A stretch of 64,000 nucleotides of DNA from the human T2T-CHM13v2.0 reference genome, Homo sapiens (GCF_009914755.1 NC_060929.1), one strand, 5' to 3'. Shown: positions 40,501 through 52,830, counted from the first letter of the stretch. Numbers and translations: made by a program. The notes: generated from the sequence alone by a model not told the origin.

Positions 40501-42699
40501 TTGGTTACATAATGACAAGTCAACTCACTATTTAAACCATTCCCAAATAAATTTCAATTATTTAAATTATAAATTATCTGTAATGTTATATATAAGCATT
40601 TTCTTTTCACCTGGAAAAAGCATTTCAGAAATCTTTTTGTGTGCAGAAATAAAACTCTGGTAAAACTACCATAGTTTAAGATCTGAATATTGAATCTGGT
40701 TTATGAAAAATAGAAGCTCAGAATAAATTATCATTGTCTTGATTATTCCCGCACATGGATGTGGAAGTGACTCAAATTTTACTCTTAAAAGGTCTGTTTT
40801 GGAACTTGAGGGCAAGGGCCTTTGTTCTGCCTTCTAGGGTATAACCAGCTCTGCTCCTGCTTCATTAATGTCTATAAGTTTGTTACAAAGACAGAAACTG
40901 ACAGGAAATGAATTTAGGGTAGGGGGCACTGACACCCAAAGGGAAGTCACTGTGGACAAGACCCTCTGGGAGGCTGGCAGAGATTGCTGCCACGTGGCCA
41001 TGGCAGTGTGCGCTGTGAGATGATCCCAGATGTCTGCACAGAATCCCTTCCTGGAGGTGGAGAGGGTTGACACCCTTGTAAAACACAGGGAACAGACCTG
41101 CTAACCTCATTTAATGCCTTCACACTCTGTAATGCCAGAAACTAATATTAATATCAAAATACAAGTTTTAAAGTGTGTCAGAGATGATGTTCATGCAGAA
41201 TGTGAAGAAATTAACATATTGAGAAGGAAACTGAAGAACCAAGGGGTCAGTTTCTCTCAGCATTCACAGAAATCTTCCTGCACATCCCATCTACTCCTGA
41301 GTATGTACATTTCCACCTGATTGCCAGCTCCCCCAGGCGAAGGAGTTGTTTCTGCTAATCCCCCATCAATGCATCATGCACACCGCTCTACATCATTAGG
41401 CACCTGCCTTTCTGTGAGTGATGGTGATAAAAATGAAACTAGCCAAGTATGTGTGGATCATTGGGTAAAAAGGGTACTGCAGTCAGGTTCTCGGGATTTC
41501 CCTGGGGACTTTTGTGGTTTGGAGGAGCTGTTTCTGTAGTCTGTGCAAATACTGTGATGAGGCCCACATCAGATGCTGGGGGGAAATGTGAAGCACCTCA
41601 TGGCAGTAGCATCACAGTGAGCTCATTGATGAAAAAAGAACCCAACAAAATCCCAGTACTCCTAAAGCTATACTTTGTCCAACTTTTACTTAGTACTTAA
41701 AAAAAAAAAAGAATGGTTTTATGTGGTGTTTAAACTGGGCTGTGTATCAAAATTCCCTGGTGTAATTGAAGTACATTTCTGATGGACATTGTTTGAAGGT
41801 CTAATTTTGTAGTTGCATGTTGTCTGAACTACTGTTGATGGCCATGAAGCCCTGGTTCCTGAGCCTTATAAATAACTTTGGTCTGCCCATCCTGTGCCAT
41901 CATCACTTCCATTGGATCTGCTCACTTTGGTGAGCTATGAATGGAAAAACTCTTCCCAAGTATCAAGCAATTATATTTCTCCTTACAAACAGAAAGTGTT
42001 TTCAGTGATCTTTATGATAATCTGAGTGGGTTTTCTTGGATTCATGCCCAGCAAGTTTATTTTTGTGTGTAGTAGGCTGATTTTCTGATTTTTCTGTACA
42101 TTTCTTTGTAGAGTTTACCGAACTGTTTATCTTTGCTGACAACTTCAGCTAGGTCAGAGTTTGTGTAAATTCAGTGAAGCTTTAAAAAAGCCATGATCTA
42201 AAGTTCCCTAAGATCTTTATTGCTGACTTTTAGAGTCATGATTTTGTCACAACCTTAGCTGAGCCTGTCTCGGGAATGGAAACAGCAGCTGAATTGTGTG
42301 TTTGCATACCCGAAGCCCCAGACCATTCTTGCAAAGCCTCCATTATTTGTCTTTGTAGTCTCAGAAGCTTTGCATTTATGGATTCATTGTATCATCATTT
42401 TATGGCTATTTGGAGTCTCTGATGATGTTCTAATTAAATGCCCATTTCCTGCTCACCACTGTTTTATACCGCTTAAAATGCCAACTTCTCCCAGTGTATT
42501 TTTGGATATGTGAGTAATGGGTTGAATCAATAGTGTTATTGGAAATTAACTGTTTTTAAGGCTAATGATGTAAAGATTAAAAACATTTCCCCAAGGTCAG
42601 TTTCCTTATATTTAGAATGCATACACACACACATATATATAGCTGTATGTATTTTGATATAGACTAATCGATCACAGAATTCAACTGGATATCTCACAA

Positions 42700-43212
42700 A
42701 AATGATCCTGTCTTACATCCATACCATGGCTGCTACTCAGTAATAAAAAGCAAAAAATGATTGGTACATGAAATAACTTGGATGGACTCAAGGGCCATAT
42801 GTTAGTGAAAAAAGCCAATCTCAAAAGGTGTGATTCTGCTTATATAACACTTTCAAAATGACCAAATTATAGAGGTAGAGAACAAATTAGTCGTTGCCAG
42901 GGATTAGGTATGGTGGTGCTATGGTGGGGTGGAATTGGGTGTGATCACAAAGAGGAACATGAGTGATACTATTGTGGGGATGTAATAGTTTTGTATCTTG
43001 GTTGTGTTGGTGGTCAGATTAATCAACATGTGAGAAAATGGCATAGAGTTACACACACACATTGCACAAATGTCAGTTTCCTGGTTTTAATATTACTATG
43101 ATTATGTAAAATATAACCTTTGGGGGAACTGAGTGAAGGGCATGTAGGACTTCTTTATACTAGTTTTGAGACTTCTTGTGAATCTAGAATTATTTCAAAA
43201 TATTTTATTTGA
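42700..43212 (+). mobile_element. Old L1 (L1MC/MD-type) 3' end
   Basis: ATCCATACCATGG...CTACTCAGTAATAAAAAG...AAAAAAGCCAATCTCAAAAGGT...TTCTTGTGAATCTA...ATTTCAAAA. Confidence 0.75.
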
Positions 43213-43583
43213 AATGGGCCAATAGTTTTAGAGAGCCCTAATAAAAATGAGCCTTTTCTTACCAATCAATATCGGTAATAAATGCAGTAATTGACTCTCA
43301 GAGCTAGAAAAGACATATAGTATTCACACATAAGTACCAGAATAATGTGGCAGCCCAAGTCTTTTTTTAAAGCTGTTTATAGCTTCTAATCTTGGCAGCA
43401 GCTTATTATTTTTGAAAATGTATTAACTACCATGGGCACACTTGTAAAGTGATATTCATTGCTCACAACAGTATCTTTGGTCTTCTGTATTTTGAAAGTT
43501 TACCACTTTGGACAGTAAGAGTCATGCCAGCAACATTCCAGCAGTCCTTCAGACAAATCCGTTAAAAAAATAGACATGGCTTT

Positions 43584-44807
43584 TAAGCAGAAAATTGAAA
43601 CTGGATCTTTTCTTTACACCTTATACAAAAATTAACTCAAGATGGATTAAAGACTTAAATGTAAAACCCAAAACTGTAAAAACCCTAGAAGAAAATCTAG
43701 GTGATACTATTCAGGACATAGGCATGGGCAAAGATTTCATGACAAAAACATCAAAAGCAGTTGCAACAAAAGCAAAGATTGACAAATGGGATCTAATTAA
43801 ACTAAAGATCTTCTACACAGCAAAAGAATCTGTTATCAGAGTGAACAGACAACCTACAGAATGGAAGAAAATTTTTACCATCTATCCACCTGACAAAGGT
43901 CTAATATCCACAATGTACAAGGAACTTAAACAAATTTACAAGAAAAAAACAACCCCATTAAAAAGTGGGCGAAGGACATGAACAGACACTTCTGAAAAGA
44001 AGACATTTAGTGGTGACAAACATATTTTAAAAAGCTCAATATCACTGATCATTAGATAAATGCAGTTCAAGACCACATTGAGATATCATCTCACACCAGT
44101 CAGAATGACAGTTATTAAAAAGTCAAGAAACAACAGATGCTGGTGAGGCTGTGGAGAAATAGGAATGCTTTTACACTGTTGGTGGGAATGTAAATTGGTT
44201 CAACCATTGTGGAAGACAGTGTGGCAATTCCTCAAAGACCTGCAACCAGAAATACCATTAGACTCAGAAATCCCATTACTGGATATATACCCAAAGGAAT
44301 ATAAATCATTCTGTTAGAAAGATACATGCACACGTATATTCATTGCAGCACTATTCACAGTAGCAAAGACATGGAATCAACCCAGATGCCCATCAGTGAT
44401 AGACTGGCTAAAGAAAATGTGGTACATATATACCAAGGAATACTATGCAGCCATAAAAAGGAACAAGATCATGTCCTTCGCAGGACATGGATGGACCTGG
44501 AAGCCATTATCCTAAGCAAACTAACACAGAAACAGAAAAACCAAACACTGCACGTTCTCACTCATGTGGGAGCTGAACATTGAGAACACATGGACAATGA
44601 GATACCATCTCAGGGGAACAACACACACTGGGGCCTAGCACGGGGAGGGTGTCGGGGGAGGGAGAGTATCAGGATAAATAGTTAATGCATGCAGGCTTAA
44701 CACCTAGGTGATAAGCTGATAGGTGCAGCAAACCACCATGGTACATGTTTACCTATGTAACAAACCCACACACTCTGCAGTGTATGGAACTTAAAATCCT
44801 GGAACTT
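43584..44807 (+). mobile_element. 5'-truncated L1PA (~1.2 kb)
   Basis: ORF2 C-terminal peptide ([26 protein letters not shown]...) plus L1PA 3' UTR; 18-bp TSD AAAAATAGACATGGCTTT (43566-43583 / 44808-44825). Confidence 0.95.
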
Positions 44808-44991
44808 AAAAATAGACATGGCTTTATTGGACATTCCAATAGTACCTAGTCTGAATGTCTTTTTTTAACAGATTTAATGAGATATCATTGATGTAAAAAT
44901 TATATAAGATATATTTAAGATGTACAGCTTGATGTTTTGATATATGTATACTTCAGAAAATACCGCATTCAGGCTGACTAACATACCTATT

Positions 44992-45352
44992 TGTATTAGT
45001 TTGTTTTCACACTGCTGATAAAGACACACCCAAAACTGGGAACAAAAAAGAAGTTTAATTGGATTTACAGTTCCACATGGCTGGGGAGGCCTCAGAATCA
45101 TGGTGGGAGGTGAAAGGCCCTTCTTACCTGGCAGTGGCAAGAGAAAAATGAGGAAGAAGCAAAGGCAGAAATCCCTGATAAGCCCATCAGATCTCGTGAG
45201 ACTGATTCACTATCATGAGAATAGCACAGGAAAGACCAGCCCCCATGATTCAGTTACCAACCCCCTGCCCAGGTCCCTCCCACAACACATGGGAATTCTG
45301 GGAGATACAATTCAAGTTGAGATTTGGGTGGGGACACAGCCAAATCATATCA
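44992..45352 (-). mobile_element. THE1 (THE1A/B-like) solo LTR inserted in an old L1 3' end
   Basis: TGTATTAGT...CTGCTGATAAAGAC...GAGATTTGGGTGGGGACACAGCCAAATCATATCA; TSD CTATT/CCATT. Confidence 0.92.
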
Positions 45353-45373
45353 CCATTACCTCTACAGAGTTAT

Positions 45374-45377
<4 letters not shown>

Positions 45378-45420
<43 letters not shown>
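45378..45420. repeat. (GT)~21 microsatellite
   Basis: Read directly. Confidence 0.97.
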
Positions 45421-45424
<4 letters not shown>

Positions 45425-46849
45425 CTTAGCCTTGTTGGTCTTGTGTTATATGAACTTGTTTACTTTCTGTTTAACACTTAAGAAAAATCCAAAAAGATAC
45501 GGGTCTCTAATTTAGCTAAGAAAAGTAAACAACTCAATCTATGTATGTCAAAGAGAACCTAGGAAAAACCCTTAAGGAAGTAAATCTCAACATACGGTAT
45601 GAAATTTATGTAAAACTGTCAGCCCCAAATCCAGGGAAGAAAGAGATTTATGCTAATTTGTCAAGTGGTAACTCATTTTGGGATTATGCTATTTGTACCT
45701 TTTCCAATTCTACTCTCACCCTTCTCCCAATGAAATAAAAGGACACATAGTCATAGAGCAAGAACCCATAAAAAGAGGCAGAGTTTGTTTTCTTTATCTT
45801 CCCTAAACATACAGAATATATGCTTCTTGGAGGGTAAATACATTTAATGTTAATCTCTGTATCTCTCACTCCCATACCTTGGCTTTTGCCATAGAATTTA
45901 ATATTTAACTACTGACAACTTAAGAGTCTCTAAATAAATGGAAAATGAATTTTCAATAAAACTGAGAGCAGTCAGAGAAAAGTTGTAGCAATGATAAAAA
46001 ACAATAGTTTTCTCAGTGTAATTTGATTTGAAGTATAGAGAAGAAGAAATGATTTTAACCCAAGTTCCCTGAAAGATATTTGCACTGAACTCATGATATT
46101 CACGGAAAAAATACGAAAGCAAAGGATTTGGGCAAGTTTCCAACAGCTCATTGGAAATGATCAGGAATTTACTGTCTTTGGAGGATGGGTTGTAGGTATA
46201 TATGCAGCACCCTGAATTCTTTTATCCAGGCAATAACGGTGACCCCACATTTATTGCTCCAAGTCATTGGTGTCCTTTGAAAAAATGCCAAACTTATATG
46301 TGGTATCTCCTACATGTTCTGGTTTGAATTAAGAAAATGTGACTTACAAAAAGTTCCCCTGTATAAAACTAATTAAAAGTATTACAAAAGGACCCTTCAT
46401 ATTAACAAATGATTTCCTGTGACTCATTTAAGAGTGAATTCCTGTAGGGTGTGAAAGTGGATTTTTATAGATCATTAACAACCTGACAGGTTCTGGGAGC
46501 AGAAAAATATAAAACATATGTGTTAGGAAAAATGCCAGTTGAAGATCAATCAAAAGTGACATCGAGTGTTTCTGAACGCTTTAGAAGAATCAAGCAGAAA
46601 GTAATTTATAAAGCATTTCTTAAGAACATATCGATTAAATACACTTGTACAATAAATTCTTTGGTAAGTTCTATAAATTCTTTTAATGTCATAAATAATA
46701 GCCGAAAAGAATTTTGAAAGACAAAATAAATGTTTCTCTTGTTCCCTTGATGATTCACATTCCTGAAGGTCATGTCTGTTCACTTGTGTTCCCCCATCCT
46801 GATCTCTCATTGTCTTGACTGTCTGGGTCAATCTTGATTCTGTCTCATC

Positions 46850-47990
46850 AGGTCACTAAAGCTGCTAACAGTAAGATCTCCTTACTGTTGAATATTGGCC
46901 AAATTCAACAGAAACATTTTCAGTCCTTACATTAGTCAATATCTTTCTGGCATTTCATAGTCTTCATTATACAAACCTTCTGAAATTCATTCCTTTGGCC
47001 CCACCTACACCATGTCCGCTGGTAAAATCTCCTGCATACCTCATTGATCCTCCTCTGCCTTCTTCACTGGTTTCTCTTTCTTCACCTGCTGGCTAGGTGT
47101 GGGCTTTCTCCAAGGCTCTCCCCTCAGCCTCTTGTCTCTTGTCTTCCTATATTTTCAGTTATAACCCAGTGTTCTTGTCTTAAATATGCATCTGCAGTCC
47201 CTAGCTTTCTTCTGAGCTGTAGGCCTGATTTTTGAATCTGAATATTTTATCCTCCTCCAGAAACACTGCCTCTCTTCCTGTCTTTTCTTACACTTCCAGT
47301 CTCTCAAGGAGGTAGCCTCAATCTTTTATTAGGTTTTGTTCGTTCCTTATCTTCCAGTTTACTCCCTTATTTCCTAACCATTAAAGATTCCTCAGATCCT
47401 GCACCTTATCTATACCCCTACTGCTACTATGTTCATTGAAACCGTCAACCTTTCTCAGTTATATTATTTCTGGAATAACCTAATATGTGTCCTGGTCCCT
47501 AATTTCATCTCCTTAACATTCATCCTCCTCATTGATTATCTTTTATCCTCAAAATTACCTTTATAATTAAAATCTGGTTGTCTCAGTCATAGTTCTTAAG
47601 ACAGTTTACAATCTGCTCTCACCCTACCTTTCAAAATATGTAAATAGGCTGCCATTCCAACAGTCACCTTAATTTTTGAGGCCCCCATCCTAAAATAGAT
47701 TGTCTTTATTCCTAGAATGCCCTTTCTCATATCTTGTCCAACCACTTTATCCTTAAAGACACAATTTGGATGTCATACACAGTGAAGATTTCCCTGATTA
47801 TTCCCAAACTCAGTTATTGCCTTTTTTCCACAGTACTTTCCATACTCCTATTACCATTGATAACATTACATTATTTCCACAATATTGGACCCCATTAGGA
47901 TGTTGAGAGCCTCTGTCGTCTTCCATCTTTGTAGCTCTAACACTTAGCACAATGTCTGGTGCATAATATGCACTAGTTATTGTTTGCTAA
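46850..47990 (+). mobile_element. L2 fragments
   Basis: Pyrimidine-rich L2-type sequence ending CTTAGCACAATGTCTGGTGCATAATATGCACT. Confidence 0.65.
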
Positions 47991-48780
47991 GCGTAGCACA
48001 CATTACCCAGCTGCACCAGTCTAGGAATATAGCTGTCACCCTATAGCAGCTGGGCTCTACTCCTTCCTCTAGGTATTTCCCTTCCGGATCTCTGAGGTTT
48101 CGAGGATAGCCTCATGTAATCACAAACAACCATAGCAATAATTATCTTCAGTTTCCTCACCTCAATATCCTTATAGTTTCCTTCTCTGACCCTAATAGTT
48201 TTTTTTTTTTTTTCCAGGTCACCACAATGACTTTTTCTGCTTCCAAAGTTGGAAAAGAGCCATCTTTTTAAAAATTTTAGTGTCACGTTTATCATGCAAA
48301 AGTTGGAGAGAATGCCCTCCATCCCTACTTCTGTTGTATTCTCTAATGACTTATGCATTGATTACAAGCAGAATTTGCCTCTTACCCCTTCAGGTATGGG
48401 GCCCTGCCTATGACTCACTGTTCCTTACTGCTTCTCTCCCCTTGTGAACCAGTTTAGGCTCTCTGGGGCTGGGATATGTGCCAATCTGGGGACTATGATC
48501 TTCTTAAAAGTATTTTTTTTTCCTCTTTACATGCTTAGCCATTGTCCAGAGGCAAAACTTGTGCAGCAAGCCTTCTCTTTTCTTTGGGGTACACAGCCTG
48601 GGATATTAAGGAGAAGTCCTTATCTTTGAGAGTTTAATACTTTTGAGGTCTTAGGTCTGCAGAGTCATCCTTGTGTTCGTTCACTAGCACCTTACATGGG
48701 TTTCTGAGCCCCTCACTCTGCTGACATACCTTCACAGGCAGTAGAGACACAGTTTAAGGTCCTCATTCTGGCACTTGATG

Positions 48781-49248
48781 TGTAAAAGAAAAATTGCACT
48801 AGACTAGCTAAACGGGCAAAAAAAAAAAAAAAAGACATTCAAGAAAATTGCAATAGAGGAGAAGGATTGAACTCAACTCCACTAAACCAAAGGGGGAGGA
48901 GTTTCTAAGCACTGGGGTGAGCTGGTGGAAAATTGCGGGAGGATGTTAGTGGAGGGCTGATCAACATGATTGGGCCACTGGTGCTTATTGAAGTTAGGCT
49001 CCCACTCTCCTACAGAGGCTGAGAGGGTACTATCTTTCTTGATTACATGTCAAAAGGGATGGCTCCCAGGTTCTTGAGAAAGACATTCCTGGGTTGTAGA
49101 ATATTTATGTCTTAAAGTAGCAGAGCAAGAATTTATAATGGAAAGTTTTCTAAAGGAAACACATTTTAAAAAGGAGGTCAGAGGCCTTAGGAAGAAGCCT
49201 GTCTAAAGTTGAATCAATCTGAGGGGGATTTTATGGCCATCTTTTCCA
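48781..49248 (-). mobile_element. MER67-type ERV1 solo LTR
   Basis: TG...CA termini with 4-bp TSD GATG (48777-48780 / 49249-49252); CCTGTCTAAAGTT...CTGAGGGG...GGCCATCTT end. Confidence 0.78.
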
Positions 49249-50099
49249 GATGCATAAATATAAACTAAAAAGTAAATAATGACCCACTTTACTTGCTTTC
49301 ATGTGGCTTTTTATATTCCATCAATAACAATGAAATCGGTTATGCAATAGGGCAGTTGTTATTATTAAGGAAATTTATACATAGATTGTAATAATATGCT
49401 AAAATTGTGAACAATTTGTCTCCCAGGTTCTGTCCTTTTGAACAAAAACGGAAATACACTTCAAAATAAATGCTTTGCAATTACTACTTTTCTTTCTTCT
49501 GACTTACTATTTATTAAAGGTGAATGTATTTATCACACAGACAGATACTTTGGTTTGATTGGTTTGTATCATTGCTTTCTCTTTGTCATAGAAGTATCCC
49601 TTAGAGTGAGTCTTTTGGCAACATATAAAGTGATAATTTAACCCCCTGGCTGAGTTGTTTCTAATATAAGTGAATCATACTAAGCCAGAGGGCAGATAGC
49701 TGAAGAGAAAGGAAGTAGTAAGACAGCGAAAAGAGATCATAGTTCATGTCCCCATTTTTCTAAAGGGAACACTTTCAATGATAAATCTTGACTATGTCAG
49801 GTGATTTTCCTTTTTTCACTCTGTGGAAAGGTGTTTCATCAGTTTTCCATACCTATTATGTGAAATATATTTCATAAATACAGCTGGTGATCTTCAGGCA
49901 GTACTGGAACTTTTATGTTATATACATCATAATTATTGTTAATGGTAAAGTTGGATGGAATGAGGAAAATGAAGGAAAGATAGGAATTGGGTCAGGGCTC
50001 TGACTGAGTGGCCAGTGAAGGCTGTTAAGGGACAATAAATAATTTGAGCTCTTTGGGAAATACTGTTATTTACTTCTCTACTTTTATTTCCAGATTTCT

Positions 50100-50729
50100 T
50101 CACAACTCCATTTCTTTTCTGTTATTACTCCCACAGCAGTCTACTTCTTCCAAACCTTATCATCATTGCCATGTCCATTTCATCTCTACCCTAATCCAGT
50201 TCAACACCCTACATCTCAAATGGCCTATTGAAATAATCTCTTTATTGGACATCCTGCTATAATCCATTTTTAATATAAACTTTAAAAAATGTAAACCAGT
50301 CCAAATTGTTCTGATTGATAGCTGTATAACCCTCCCATAGCTTTCCAGTATGCTCAGAATAAATTCCAAACTCTTAACTGTGGCTCTCAAAACCCCCAAA
50401 ATAGGCTCTAGACTCTGTAAAGGGCGGAAGCAGTGTGGATTCTGTACTTAGTGTATTCTGATAGCCACGTGTCACTATGTACTTTTTCTTTGTGTCTTCA
50501 CGTCTCCTCCTGTTGCATTTTAAAGCACTTTCATAGTATGTGGTTTTGCCTAATAAAGCATTCTCATAGAAAAAAAAAGCCACCTCACCTCTTCCCATTC
50601 TTCCCCTGGTTTATGAGTTCCCAGGAACATTGTCCTTTCTGTCTTTTGAAACTGCCAAGCTTACTACTTTCCTAGGGCATTTGCCCTTATTGTTCTCTCT
50701 CCGTGGACAGTTTTGCTACCCAATTTTTG
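50100..50729 (+). mobile_element. L2, part upstream of the insertion
   Basis: CTCAGAATAAATTCCAAACTCTTAACTGTGGC; CTAGGGCATTTGCCCTTATTGTTCTCTCT... Confidence 0.75.
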
Positions 50730-50745
50730 CATGACTGGCTCTCTT

Positions 50746-51550
50746 TTTTAAATGTAGTTTGGTGTGATGTTGACTTGGTTTGGTGGGAGTTGTGGGTGGA
50801 GTTGTGTTGTTGTCTGTGGTCCTGCTGCAAGATGGTGGCAGGTGTTGCACAGGTGCCTTGGGGATTGTCAGCTTTGTTGGTGTGATTTGCAGTTATCTTG
50901 GTGCAGCAGTGGCTCTGTTCCATGTGCAGTGGTTACCAGTCGCTCCAGGGGTTTGGTGTGCCGATGGTGATGTCAGCTGCCTGGGTGGTTGATGTATAAA
51001 CAACTGGTGGAGGACCTAGTAGTTTCCCAACGATGCATAGATGCATAAAACTTCCCAGCAGGTAAAGAACTCCTTGCATGGTTCTTGAATGCATGAAGGG
51101 TATGTTGGTTTGAAGTTTCTCCAATTTCCTATCAGATACCCTAAGCCTTTATTCAGTGTCGTTTGTCAGTGCTTTGAGAGTCTTATTCACTGCACTAAAT
51201 CTATTGTCCATGTGGTGTTTGAAGTCATTGATGTGATTCAGTACTGAGGAAAATTCACTGCCGATATCCGTTTCAGCTTGCTCTCCTCTCTTGTCACTGG
51301 TGATACTTTAAGAGTCATTTTCTCTGTTGAAATGGCTGCAGAGATTGAGCCCTCTTCTTTCATGGCAAGGTTCCAAGGATGGAACCAGGATCTCTTTTGG
51401 CAGGTACTCAAGCAGCATAGGTGGTGTTTTGCAGTCTTGGCCCTTTGGACATGGCAATTCCCCTGTTTCCCTGAGGTCTGATGTTGTTTGCTTGATGCTG
51501 ATACTAGCAATCTGCTGATTGACATGGTGTCAGATCCCTCTGTAAGTTTC
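50746..51550 (-). other. Retrotransposed insertion matching no recognised repeat; candidate endogenous non-retroviral RNA-virus element (bornavirus X/P-like mRNA copy)
   Basis: 16-bp TSD CATGACTGGCT(C/T)TCTT (50730-50745 / 51551-51566) splits an L2. Sense strand runs GAAACTTACA...ACATTTAAAAAA and contains a 95-aa ORF overlapping a 198-codon frame with two stops. The insertion itself is well supported; the viral identity is inferred. Confidence 0.6.
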
Positions 51551-51566
51551 CATGACTGGCTTTCTT

Positions 51567-51875
51567 GCCGTTGACCTTTCAGTACAAATGTCCCCTCATC
51601 CATGAGGATCCCCACACTATCCAATATACGGTTAGTCCCCTTCCTCCGAGACACCCTCTATCACCACCTTCCAGTTTTGTTTTTTTGATGACTTCAGGTA
51701 ATTATAACTACAGGTATCATGTTCATTTGTTTTGCTTGCCCATTGTCATGAGAATGTAAGCCCCATGAAGGCAAGGATCTTGCCTATTATATACTCTGCT
51801 ATAACCCAAGCACCAAAACACCCCCTGAAACACTGATATGCTTCATAAGTATTTCAGTGAAGTAATTAATGAATT
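51567..51875 (+). mobile_element. L2 3' part (continues after the insertion)
   Basis: TTTCAGTACAAATGTCCCCTC...AGAATGTAAGCCCCATGAAGGCAAGGATCTTTG...TAATTAATGAAT. Confidence 0.8.
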
Positions 51876-52826
51876 TACTAAATAATATTATTTATTGATA
51901 TCCTACTATCTGCCAGGTGAAATGCAACATTGTCTTGGGAACCAAACGTGAATGTGGTGTGGTTTTATACTTCATGTAGCCTACTGGCTGGCTATTATCT
52001 TTATCTGGTCATCTGGCTACTAAACCATCTTTTAGGATTTAAATTTAACTTTTGTCTGAAGTATCAAGATAAGTTGATATTTTAGCATATTCGCGGGTAG
52101 TCAGATTCTTTGGTTCTGTAACTGTACTCTATATATACTCCCTAAGAACCTCTAAAATTTAGCTTCTCTCATTTTACATATATTATTTTTCACTTTATTA
52201 AGGCTTTATCCAGCAGGTACCAGATTCAAGGCTTTTTATAGCTCATTATAAGGTATGCACATGAGAGTAAGATATTTACCCAATCTTCAAGGAATGCAAA
52301 ATTTAGTAGATGAGATAAACTCTATTCTGGTAAACATGAAATAAGGCTGTATTTTGAAAATTCTATAAAAGAGGCAGAATGAGTAATAGAGGGATCCAGA
52401 GAAGGAAGCTATCACACAGAAGTGAGATGAATAGGAAATGCTTCATTAAAAGATTTACTTTTTCTTGGGCTTTAATAATCACCAAGACCTTGACATGTGG
52501 AGATACAGAAGAAAGGGAAAGGGAAGGAAATGAGTTTTCCAGTTGAGCTGCAGCATCAGCATAAAGTTTTGGAAAGGATCTATGTCATGGAGGGCTTTGA
52601 AATTTCCTTGGTAGGTGGTGGGAGCCATTGGAGTTTTACTGCGACCAACATTAGCACAGCAATTCTTCAGAGAGAGAAATTTAGACATCTTTTGGTAGAT
52701 GAATTGGTGTAAGGGCAAACTGGAGACAGGAAGATCAATCAATTAGCAATCTTTTCTGAGATGACAGCCTAGATAGGACAGAATAAGGGTTTGAAAAGTA
52801 GAATAGAAGGTTTCCTAAATAAATAT

Positions 52827-52830
<4 letters not shown>

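Noticed and set aside
43595-43981. 128-aa ORF
   Set aside because: An L1 ORF2 C-terminal remnant in a truncated element, not a gene.
50687-50992. Cluster of short Val/Cys/Trp-rich (+) and His/Gln/Thr-rich (-) ORFs
   Set aside because: By-products of the G/T versus A/C compositional skew in the insert's 3' UTR.
51526-51654. N-terminal 43 aa of the 138-aa ORF 51238..51654
   Set aside because: This part reads in from the flanking L2 and TSD through the insert's 5' leader. Only the part from ATG 51525 is the insert's own ORF.
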